A stretch of 32,000 nt of DNA. Origin: Desulfobulbus propionicus DSM 2032. GTDB lineage: Bacteria > Desulfobacterota > Desulfobulbia > Desulfobulbales > Desulfobulbaceae. The position numbers were made by a program, and so were the translations under genes. Below, in pieces: positions 20,696-28,367 of this stretch. How positions within the stretch are numbered: the stretch's first letter is position 1; each line of letters opens with the position of its first letter. The DNA lies in NCBI RefSeq assembly GCF_000186885.1, contig NC_014972.1, forward strand, positions 2,820,001 through 2,852,000, written 5' to 3'. The notes under the pieces are model-generated. The model was not told where the DNA came from and did not search any database. It was given only the letters and a program-made list of their open reading frames with translations.

Positions 20696-20932
20696 ATGGC
20701 GATCATCAACCTACGCAACATGGCGATCAACCAGAGCGGCACCATTGTCAGTGTCAAGGTCGGCGGGGAACTCGGCCGCCGTATCCGCGAAATGGGCCTG
20801 GTGCCGGGCACCGAAATCACGGTCAAACAGCGCGCCCCCCTGAACGACCCGGTAGCCCTGCGGGTCATGGGCGGGACCCTGACCCTGCGCAACAACGAGG
20901 CCGATTACATTGAAGTGGAGGTCGCCTCCTGA
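20696..20932 (+). CDS. feoA: FeoA-domain protein (78 aa)
   Basis: SGTIVSVKVGGELGRRIREMGLVPGTEITVKQRAPLNDPVALRVMGGTLTLRNNEADYIEVEV, the SH3-like FeoA signature. Confidence 0.92.
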   Translation: MAIINLRNMAINQSGTIVSVKVGGELGRRIREMGLVPGTEITVKQRAPLNDPVALRVMGGTLTLRNNEADYIEVEVAS

Positions 20933-20936
20933 GTCT

Positions 20937-20973
20937 CCCTCCTGGGGCGGGACCTGTTTCCGCCCCAGGAGGG
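20937..20973. terminator. Perfect 14-bp GC-rich inverted repeat, possible terminator or attenuator, between the two feoA-type genes
   Basis: CCCTCCTGGGGCGG (20937-20950), loop GACCTGTTT, CCGCCCCAGGAGGG (20960-20973). No strong T-tract follows, so function is uncertain. Confidence 0.6.
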
Positions 20974-21091
20974 CCCACCGATCTTCTTCTGCCGACCGTT
21001 GCCACGCATTCCCCTGTTCCTTCTCTGCCTCCCCACCTGCGCTCCCCCCAAAAAAAACATCGATGATCAGGCTCGCCCCTTGGCAAAGCTG

Positions 21092-21120
21092 TTGACAGTA
21101 GCCATTGTTTGGAATAACTA
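21092..21120 (+). promoter_or_regulatory. Candidate promoter for the Cys-rich feoA/feoB transcription unit
   Basis: TTGACA (21092-21097), 17-nt spacer, TAACTA (21115-21120). ATTGTT...AACAAT dyad overlaps the -10 region. Confidence 0.5.
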
Positions 21121-21233
21121 ACAATTCATGTGTGTCCAAGCGAATTTGGCGGGCAAAACACTTTTCTAGCCTTGTGCATCTGCCCCGCCAAGGGCGCACC
21201 GTTTCCTTTCAACCGGAAAGACGTGTACTCTCT

Positions 21234-21557
21234 ATGCCCAAGAATCAAAGCGATAGCTCCTGCATTGTGCTCAACGATGTTCCGACCCAATGCCATCACC
21301 GCAAACGGTGCGGCAACCGGATGGCCCATGGGGGAACGCCCTTGCCTGAGATCTGCTGCCACAAGCGCCTGCGGGTGTGTGCCATCAACGGTGACCGGAA
21401 GACCTGCGCCAAGATGGCCAACCTCGGGGTGTTGCCAGGTTGCGAGCTCGAATTGCTGTGCAAGGGAGGCGGCCAGCAATGCATGGTCAAGGTGAACGGC
21501 GGGACCATCAGCCTCGATGCTCTTACCGCGACCAATATTCTGGTGGCCCCCGTCTGA
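21234..21557 (+). CDS. FeoA-domain protein with Cys-rich N-terminal extension
   Basis: MPKNQSDSSCIVLNDVPTQCHHRKRCGNRMAHGGTPLPEICCHKRLRVCAINGDRKTCAKMANLGVLPGCELELLCKGGGQQCMVKVNGGTISLDALTATNILVAPV. C-terminal half is FeoA-like (MANLGVLPGCELELL...VKVNGGTISLD). The ORF is open from 21105, but MPKN is a more plausible start. Confidence 0.75.
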   Translation: MPKNQSDSSCIVLNDVPTQCHHRKRCGNRMAHGGTPLPEICCHKRLRVCAINGDRKTCAKMANLGVLPGCELELLCKGGGQQCMVKVNGGTISLDALTATNILVAPV

Positions 21558-21619
21558 TCGGCAGACGGATCGTGATAGTCGGAAAAGGAACCAGACAAAC
21601 TCGCTGGAGGTAAAGGAAG

Positions 21620-21805
21620 ATGCAAAATCTGATCGTGATCGCGGTTGTATGCTGCGCGGCTGTCTTTATCGGCCGGCGCTTGTGGGCTTTTGTGCGGCGC
21701 GTGCGTCAGCGGCAAAGCATTGCCTGCGGATGCGGGTGTTCAGGGTGCGGCAGCGGTGCTGGCGATTCGAAGCCCATCACCACACTCCCCCTCCATCGGC
21801 CATGA
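21620..21805 (+). CDS. FeoB-associated Cys-rich membrane-protein-like small protein
   Basis: MQNLIVIAVVCCAAVFIGRRLWAFVRRVRQRQSIACGCGCSGCGSG...: one TM helix followed by a CGCGCSGCG cluster. GGAGG upstream. Located just before feoB. Confidence 0.75.
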   Translation: MQNLIVIAVVCCAAVFIGRRLWAFVRRVRQRQSIACGCGCSGCGSGAGDSKPITTLPLHRP

Positions 21806-21924
21806 GAAAACAGCACGCCGCCCGCCGCACATCCGGCATCGGCCAGGTGCGTCGTTGATCGAATACCCCACCCTCTTTGCCCCCATTCCGGTTCACCGCT
21901 CATCCTTACCCGACAGAAAAGCCT

Positions 21925-24096
21925 ATGAACAACCAGCTGACCATCGCCCTGGCCGGCAATCCCAACGCCGGTAAAACCACCTTGTTCAACCACCTGACCG
22001 GCGCCCGTCAGCATGTCGGCAACTATCCCGGCGTGACGGTCGAGCAGAAAGAAGGCTGCTGTCTGCACCAGGGCCAGGGACTGCGGGTGGTCGATCTGCC
22101 CGGCACCTATTCGCTGACGGCCTACTCGGTGGAAGAATTGGTGGCGCGGGATTTCATCATCAACGAAAAGCCCGATGTGGTGGTCGATGTGGTCGACGCC
22201 TCCAACCTGGAACGCAACCTGTATCTCAGTTGTCAGTTCCTGGAGTTGGGGGTACCGCTGGTCATTGCCCTCAACATGGTCGATGTGGCCGAAAAGCGAG
22301 GCATTACCATCAATGCCCAGGAGCTGGGCCACCGCCTCGGGGTGCCGGTGATTCCGATCGTCGCCCGCAGCGGAAAAGGTGTGGATCAGTTGTTGGACGC
22401 AGTGCTGGCCACGGCCGCCTCGTCCACCCGGCCGCAGCCGGTCTTCCTCCGCTACGGCTCGGATATCGACGAAACCCTCGCGGCCATGATGCCCGATATC
22501 GAGGCCTGCACCGAACTGACCGCCATCTATCCGCCACGGTGGCTGGGGGTGAAGCTGCTGGAAAACGACGATCAGATCGTGCACAAGGCCCAGGCCGTCC
22601 ATCCGGAGACGGCGCAGCGCCTCGTTGCCCGCTGCGAGGAAGTGGCTGACCACCTCCAGCACACCCTTGGCGTCTACCCGGAGGCGGTGATCGCCGACCA
22701 CCGCTACGGCTACATCAAATCGATCATCCATCAGGGGGTGGTGGCGCGCAAATTCGTTGCCGATCGGCTGTACGCCTCGGACAAGATCGACAAGATCGTC
22801 ACCCACCGCATCCTTGGGCCACTGATCATGGCCGCAGTCCTGTTTGGCCTCTATACCTTCACGTTCAGCTACAGCACGGTACTGGTCGATTGGCTGGCCA
22901 GCTTCTTCACCCTGATCAACCAGGGAATCGACTCCCTGCTGCCCGATGGGCCGGTCAAATCAATGATCATCTCCGGCGTGGTCGACGGGGTCGGCGGGGT
23001 GCTCGGCTTCGTGCCGATCATCATGTTCATGTTCTTTGGCATCGCTGTGCTGGAGGATTCCGGCTACCTGGCCCGGGTCGCCTTTATGATGGACCGCATC
23101 TTTCACGCCTTTGGCCTGCACGGCTCCTCGGTCATGCCGTTCATCGTTTCCGGCGGCATCGCCGGCGGCTGCGCCGTGCCCGGAGTCATGGCCACCCGCA
23201 CCCTGCGTTCGCCCAAGGAACGATTGGCCACCCTGCTGACCGTGCCATTCATGAACTGCGGCGCCAAACTGCCGGTGCTGACCTTGCTGATCGGCGCCTT
23301 TTTCTCCGCCCACCAAGCCCGCTACATGTTTCTGGCCACCGTGGCGGCCTGGGTCGTGGCCCTGTGCGCGGCCAAGCTGTTGCGCATGACCGTGCTCCGC
23401 GGCGCCTCGACCCCCTTTGTCATGGAACTGCCGCCCTATCGCTTTCCCACCCTCAAGGGACTGCTGATCCACACCTGGGAGCGAACCTGGCAATACATGA
23501 AAAAGGCCGGCACCGTCATTCTCGGCATCTCCGTCCTCATCTGGGCGATGATGACCTATCCCGGCCTGCCCGACGCACGGACAGCCCACTATGAACAGCA
23601 GCGGCAACACGTACAGACGTCCTCGCTCACCGCCGACCAGGAGGCACTCGCCGAGGCGTTGCGCAGGATCGACGCGGACCAGGCGATGGAGGGGCTGCGC
23701 CACTCACTTGGCGGTCGGATCGGCATTGCCCTGGAAAGCGTCAGCCGCCACGCGGGCATCGACTGGCGGACCAATATCGCCCTGATCGGTGGATTTGCCG
23801 CCAAGGAGGTGATCATCTCCACCCTGGGCACCGCCTATTCCCTGGGGGAAGTCGATCCCGAAAAGTCGACCTCGCTCAGCGACCGTCTGGCCAAGGATCC
23901 CAACTGGAATCCGGTGGTCGCCCTGGCGGTGATGGTGTTCATCATGTTTTACGCCCCCTGCTTCGTGACCGTGATCTGCATCGCCAAGGAGGCCGGCTCA
24001 TGGAAGTGGGCCGTTTTTTCCATGACCTTCAACACCCTGTTCGCCTACCTGATGGCCGTGGCGGTGTATCAGATCGGCACCCTGCTCTACCTTTGA
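21925..24096 (+). CDS. feoB: Ferrous iron transport protein B
   Basis: MNNQLTIALAGNPNAGKTTLFNHLTGARQHVGNYPGVTVEQKEG, VVDLPGTYSL, LNMVDVAEKRG, gate regions GGIAGGCAVPGVMATRT and FMNCGAKLPVLTLL. Confidence 0.97.
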   Translation: MNNQLTIALAGNPNAGKTTLFNHLTGARQHVGNYPGVTVEQKEGCCLHQGQGLRVVDLPGTYSLTAYSVEELVARDFIINEKPDVVVDVVDASNLERNLYLSCQFLELGVPLVIALNMVDVAEKRGITINAQELGHRLGVPVIPIVARSGKGVDQLLDAVLATAASSTRPQPVFLRYGSDIDETLAAMMPDIEACTELTAIYPPRWLGVKLLENDDQIVHKAQAVHPETAQRLVARCEEVADHLQHTLGVYPEAVIADHRYGYIKSIIHQGVVARKFVADRLYASDKIDKIVTHRILGPLIMAAVLFGLYTFTFSYSTVLVDWLASFFTLINQGIDSLLPDGPVKSMIISGVVDGVGGVLGFVPIIMFMFFGIAVLEDSGYLARVAFMMDRIFHAFGLHGSSVMPFIVSGGIAGGCAVPGVMATRTLRSPKERLATLLTVPFMNCGAKLPVLTLLIGAFFSAHQARYMFLATVAAWVVALCAAKLLRMTVLRGASTPFVMELPPYRFPTLKGLLIHTWERTWQYMKKAGTVILGISVLIWAMMTYPGLPDARTAHYEQQRQHVQTSSLTADQEALAEALRRIDADQAMEGLRHSLGGRIGIALESVSRHAGIDWRTNIALIGGFAAKEVIISTLGTAYSLGEVDPEKSTSLSDRLAKDPNWNPVVALAVMVFIMFYAPCFVTVICIAKEAGSWKWAVFSMTFNTLFAYLMAVAVYQIGTLLYL

Positions 24097-24109
24097 CAGG
24101 ACACTCGGA

Positions 24110-24742
24110 TCAAGCCTTGTAATCGGCGAAGCGGCGCAGGACCTCGGCCATCTCCGCCCTTGGCAGGAGCGGTGGCTCGGCCACCTGCAGGGCCTGGAGA
24201 TACATCCGCGCCAACGTTTCCACCTCGATGGCCAAGGCCAGTACGTGGTCGAGATCGGCGGCAAGGCAGATCATGCCATGATGACCGAGCAGGGCCGCAG
24301 ATCGGTCCTCCAGGGCCGCGATCGCCGCGTCGGACAGCGCTTGCGTGCCGAAGGTGGCGTAGGGCGCGCAACGGATGGAATCGCCGCCGGCCATGGCCAC
24401 CATGTAGTGAAAGGCCGGAATCGGCCGCTCCAGACAGGCCAGGGTGGTGCAGTAGAGGCTGTGGGCATGGAGCACAGCACCCGCCTGGGGGTAGTAGCGA
24501 TAGATAGCGGCATGCATCCGCCATTCCGACGACGGTTTGCGCCGGCCCTCGACTTTGCCCTCCCCGTCCATCCACACCAGATCGTCTTCCCCGCACCGGT
24601 CATAAGGTAGGGCTGAGGGCGTGATGAGCAAACCGCTGCCGTCGCGGACGCTGACATTGCCCGAGGTCCCCTGGTTCAACCCCTGGCTGTTCATGGCCCG
24701 GGCCGTGGCCAGCAGTTGCGCGCGCAGACCGAGACCGCTCAT
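24110..24742 (-). CDS. Class II (fuculose-phosphate-type) aldolase/adducin-family protein, probably paired with mtnA
   Basis: [102 protein letters not shown] overlap with the upstream mtnA. Confidence 0.88.
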   Translation of the reverse strand: MSGLGLRAQLLATARAMNSQGLNQGTSGNVSVRDGSGLLITPSALPYDRCGEDDLVWMDGEGKVEGRRKPSSEWRMHAAIYRYYPQAGAVLHAHSLYCTTLACLERPIPAFHYMVAMAGGDSIRCAPYATFGTQALSDAAIAALEDRSAALLGHHGMICLAADLDHVLALAIEVETLARMYLQALQVAEPPLLPRAEMAEVLRRFADYKA

Positions 24743-25836
24743 TGCCCCTGCTCCGGATAGAGGCCGAGCAGGCCGCTTCGGCTGGCCGCACAGATGCCCC
24801 GCTCGGTGATCAGGCCGGTCACCAACCGGGCCGGGGTAACATCAAAGGCCGGATTGACTGCCGGCGTGGCCACGGGAGCGATGGCCACTGTGTGCACCGT
24901 GCCCGCCTCGTCCCGTCCCTGCAATTGCAACACCTCTTCCTCGCCCCGTTCCTCGATGGGAATCTCGGCCACGCCGTCACTCACCGTCCAGTCAACGGTG
25001 GATCCGGGCAGGGCCACATAGAAAGGCACACCGTTGTCCCGGGCGGCCAACGCCTTGAGATAGGTGCCGATTTTGTTACACACGTCGCCGCTGGCCGTGG
25101 TCCGGTCGGTGCCGACAATGCAGCAATCCACCTGGCCATGCTGCATGAGATGACCGCCGGCATTGTCGACGATCAGGTGATGGGGAATATGCGCGGCCAC
25201 CAATTCCCAGGCGGTAAGCGAGGCACCCTGATTGCGCGGCCGGGTTTCATCGACCCAGACATGCACCGGGATGCCCAACTCCACCGCCTTGTAGACGGGT
25301 GCTAGGGCAGTGCCCCAATCGACGGTGGCCAGCCAGCCGGCGTTGCAGTGGGTGAGGATGTTGACCGGCTGCCCCTCTTTCTTGTTGCGATGGATCGCCG
25401 CAATCAAGGTGGCACCGTGACGGCCGATGGCCTCGTTGGTAGCCACGTCTTCCGCGCAGATCCGCCCGGCTTCGTGGTAGGCCGCGGCCAATCGCTGTTC
25501 CGGCGGCAAGGGCAGCAGCAGTCGCAGCATCCGTTCCACCGCCCAGCGAAGATTGATCGCCGTCGGCCGGCAGGCGATCAACTGAGCGGCCATGTTCTCC
25601 ACAGCCTCGGTGGTGGCGTGCTGGCGCAGGCCGAGGCAGAGGCCATAGGCGGCGGTGGCCCCGATCAACGGCGCGCCACGAACCAGCATGTCGCGAATGG
25701 CGGTCATTGCCTGCTCCACACTCTCCAGGCGAACGATGTGAAAATGAAAGGGCAAGCGGGTCTGATCAATGATTTCAACGCCCACCCCATCGGCCGCCAG
25801 CCAAATGGATCGATAGGCCTGTCCGTTTACCTGCAC
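24739..25836 (-). CDS. mtnA: S-methyl-5-thioribose-1-phosphate isomerase-family (aldose-1-phosphate isomerase)
   Basis: [93 protein letters not shown] strong AAGGAGGTGC precedes a GTG at 25836; track start is 25905. Confidence 0.9.
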   Translation of the reverse strand: MQVNGQAYRSIWLAADGVGVEIIDQTRLPFHFHIVRLESVEQAMTAIRDMLVRGAPLIGATAAYGLCLGLRQHATTEAVENMAAQLIACRPTAINLRWAVERMLRLLLPLPPEQRLAAAYHEAGRICAEDVATNEAIGRHGATLIAAIHRNKKEGQPVNILTHCNAGWLATVDWGTALAPVYKAVELGIPVHVWVDETRPRNQGASLTAWELVAAHIPHHLIVDNAGGHLMQHGQVDCCIVGTDRTTASGDVCNKIGTYLKALAARDNGVPFYVALPGSTVDWTVSDGVAEIPIEERGEEEVLQLQGRDEAGTVHTVAIAPVATPAVNPAFDVTPARLVTGLITERGICAASRSGLLGLYPEQGQ

Positions 25837-26070
25837 AAACGCACCTCCTTGAAAAAAGCCAATCATGAACACCTGTTGTCCTGACCCTACCGAACCGGGC
25901 CCCAACGGGTCAAGTCAATTGTGTTCGCGTCTTGTCGCCACCGTGCCAGAGAGCGCCACTGCCGATCGACCGGCGCCTTGTCGCCAGCCGCTGGATTTTT
26001 CCTCCGGGCTTTGCTATAAACTCTTCCATCGATCGTTTGCTGTTTTTTTTCCTCTTGGTGCTGGTCAACA

Positions 26071-28200
26071 ATGAACACTCCGGATTCGGTTCTTGCCTCT
26101 CTCAATCTTTCCGGCCAGTTGCCCAGCATGCCGCAGGCACTGGTGCAGCTGATCGACAGCTGCCACACCCCCGATATCCCGTTTCAGGCCATCGCCGACA
26201 TCATCGACAAAGATGCCGCGATCAGCGCCAAGATCCTGCAACTGGTCAATTCGGCGTTCATCGGCCCCCGCAGGACGATCACCAGCGTGGAACAGGCGGT
26301 GGTCTACCTGGGCATCGACGCTGTCAGGAATCTGGCCATTTCGATCTCCGTACAGCAGGTCTTTCGCCGGGGGGAAAAAAACGGTCCCCTCACCCTTGAC
26401 CGCTTCTGGCACCACTCGTACCAGAATGCCCTGCTGTCCAGAAAGATCGCCACGACCATCGACTATCCCGAACCTTCCGAGGCCTATCTGGCGGGTCTTC
26501 TGCACGACATCGGCAAACTGCTGCTGTGGATGGCCTTTCCCGGAAGCTATGCGCCCCTGTTGCTCAAGGGGGTCCGTTGCGTCAATGCCCGTCTCGCTTT
26601 TCTCGAGGAGGAAAAATTGCACGTCAACCACTGCCAGGCCGGAGCCTGGCTGGGCGAACAGTGGCGGTTGCCCACCTTGCTCACCGACGCTATCCGCTAC
26701 CATCACCACCCGATCGAGGCGGTTCGCCAGGCCTTGCCCTTGGTCAGAATCACCAGCCTTGCCGACCTGCTCAGCCATGGCGATCCCACCGCAACGGATG
26801 GCCTGGAAGCGGCCCATCAGCTTCTTGGCCTGACAGCGGCGCAGGTGGCGACGGTGTTCGATGGACTGGATGAGCAGGTCGAGCAGATCGCCACCCACAT
26901 GGGGATCCGCATTCCCCGAGACGCCGGCCACTCGTCCGATCCGCGCCCCGACGAAGTCAAGGAGGCGCACAAAGACGCCTCGCGGACCCTGATCAACCGG
27001 GTCCGGGACGTTTCCCAGCTCTGCGGCCTGCTCGACAACCTGTTGCGGGCCGAGGACCGGGAACGGATCGTCCGCGCGGTCGAGCAGGGAATCCTCCTGC
27101 TCCTCGACGAGAGGCGCTGCCTGCTCCTGCTGACCGATACCGCCACCGGCCAGCTGCGCGCCCATGTCCCGACGGACGCGTCCCTCACCGGGGAGGCGGA
27201 GCGACTCGCCTTTGTCCCCCAGGACCATGCCGGCAGCCTGCCGGCCCGGGCGCTTGAGGAACGGCGCATGCTCCACGCCTTCTCCGGCACGCACGAATCC
27301 TCGACCCAAGATCACCTCTTTGATGCCCATCTGCGACGCCTGCTGGGGACGGAAGGATTGGCGGCCATTCCCCTGATCCACCACGGCAAAATCGAAGGGC
27401 TGCTGCTCGTTGGCCTGGAGCGGCGGACGCAGCGGCTCCTGCTTGCCCAGGCCACCTCCGTGCGGCTGCTGGCCGACCATGCGGCCGCCGCCCTGCATCT
27501 GGATCGCATGCACGCGGCCCGGGCGGAACAGATCGCGGCCGAACGGTTGCAGGCCGCGACCCTGGTGGCCCGCAACATTGCCCACGAAATCAACAACCCG
27601 CTGGCCATTCTCCGTAATTATCTTCACATCCTGGCAGGCAAAAACAGGCAGGGCCAATCGATTGACGCCGAGGTGGCGATTATCGACGGCGAACTGGAAC
27701 GGATCGCCCACATCACCACAGGCTTGCAGAATTTGGCGCGGGAATCCGAGGCAATGCACCTCGAACCGCTGGACCTTCACCGGTTGCTTGAGGAAATTCT
27801 CGACCTGTTCCGGGCCGCCCTGCCAGAGGACAAACAGGTGCGCCTCACCTTCACCCCCCTGGACGAACAGCTCTCCCCCATGGCTGATTCCCGTTCCCTC
27901 CGCCAGATCATGCAAAACCTGCTGGGCAACGCCCTGGATGCGGTTTCGCCCGGAGGAATGATCACCGTGCACACCAAGCGTGCGCACAAGAATGTGCTCA
28001 TCACCGTCACCGATAACGGACCGGGGGTTGCGCCGGCGATTCGGGACTCCCTCTTTCAAGCCGGGGTCTCGACCAAGAACGGGCGGCACAGCGGTCTGGG
28101 ACTGGCGATTGCCGACCAGCTGGCGCGCCGGATGGGCGGATCGCTCTCCTGCGCGTCCGTTCCGGGAACCACGGTCTTCACCCTGCAGCTCTCGGCGTGA
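26071..28200 (+). CDS. HDOD domain-GAF-type region-histidine kinase fusion protein
   Basis: HDOD-type N-terminus (LPSMPQALVQLIDSC...ADIIDKDAAISAKILQLVNSAFIG...AVVYLGIDAVRNLAISISV...YLAGLLHDIGKLLLWMAFP); GAF-like middle (RAVEQGILLLLDERRCLLLLTD...AIPLIHHGKIEGLLLVGLE); C-terminal kinase (VARNIAHEINNPLAILRNYLHIL, LLGNALDAV, SGLGLAIADQLARRMGG). Confidence 0.9.
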   Translation: MNTPDSVLASLNLSGQLPSMPQALVQLIDSCHTPDIPFQAIADIIDKDAAISAKILQLVNSAFIGPRRTITSVEQAVVYLGIDAVRNLAISISVQQVFRRGEKNGPLTLDRFWHHSYQNALLSRKIATTIDYPEPSEAYLAGLLHDIGKLLLWMAFPGSYAPLLLKGVRCVNARLAFLEEEKLHVNHCQAGAWLGEQWRLPTLLTDAIRYHHHPIEAVRQALPLVRITSLADLLSHGDPTATDGLEAAHQLLGLTAAQVATVFDGLDEQVEQIATHMGIRIPRDAGHSSDPRPDEVKEAHKDASRTLINRVRDVSQLCGLLDNLLRAEDRERIVRAVEQGILLLLDERRCLLLLTDTATGQLRAHVPTDASLTGEAERLAFVPQDHAGSLPARALEERRMLHAFSGTHESSTQDHLFDAHLRRLLGTEGLAAIPLIHHGKIEGLLLVGLERRTQRLLLAQATSVRLLADHAAAALHLDRMHAARAEQIAAERLQAATLVARNIAHEINNPLAILRNYLHILAGKNRQGQSIDAEVAIIDGELERIAHITTGLQNLARESEAMHLEPLDLHRLLEEILDLFRAALPEDKQVRLTFTPLDEQLSPMADSRSLRQIMQNLLGNALDAVSPGGMITVHTKRAHKNVLITVTDNGPGVAPAIRDSLFQAGVSTKNGRHSGLGLAIADQLARRMGGSLSCASVPGTTVFTLQLSA

Positions 28201-28222
28201 ATTCCTTGTCACGGTTGCGCAA

Positions 28223-28251
28223 TTGACTTTTTTTCCAGGGCCATTTAAAAA
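28223..28251 (+). promoter_or_regulatory. Weak candidate promoter for the hybrid kinase
   Basis: TTGACT, 17-nt spacer, TAAAAA. Confidence 0.25.
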
Positions 28252-28367
28252 TAGAGACGATTGAACAACCCATACATTCGACCGGGCAGCCTTTGCGCAC
28301 AAACAGCCACTCCCTTCCATCGTCATGCCCATTTTCGCGCGCCCCCTCTTCTCCACAGACTGAAGCC

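Noticed and set aside
21706-22806. 366-aa minus-strand ORF opposite feoB
   Set aside because: Antisense shadow. feoB G-domain motifs are on the plus strand.
26065-28356. 763-aa minus-strand ORF opposite the HDOD-kinase gene
   Set aside because: Shadow ORF of GC-rich coding DNA. Its translation has no recognisable domain while the plus strand encodes three clear domains.
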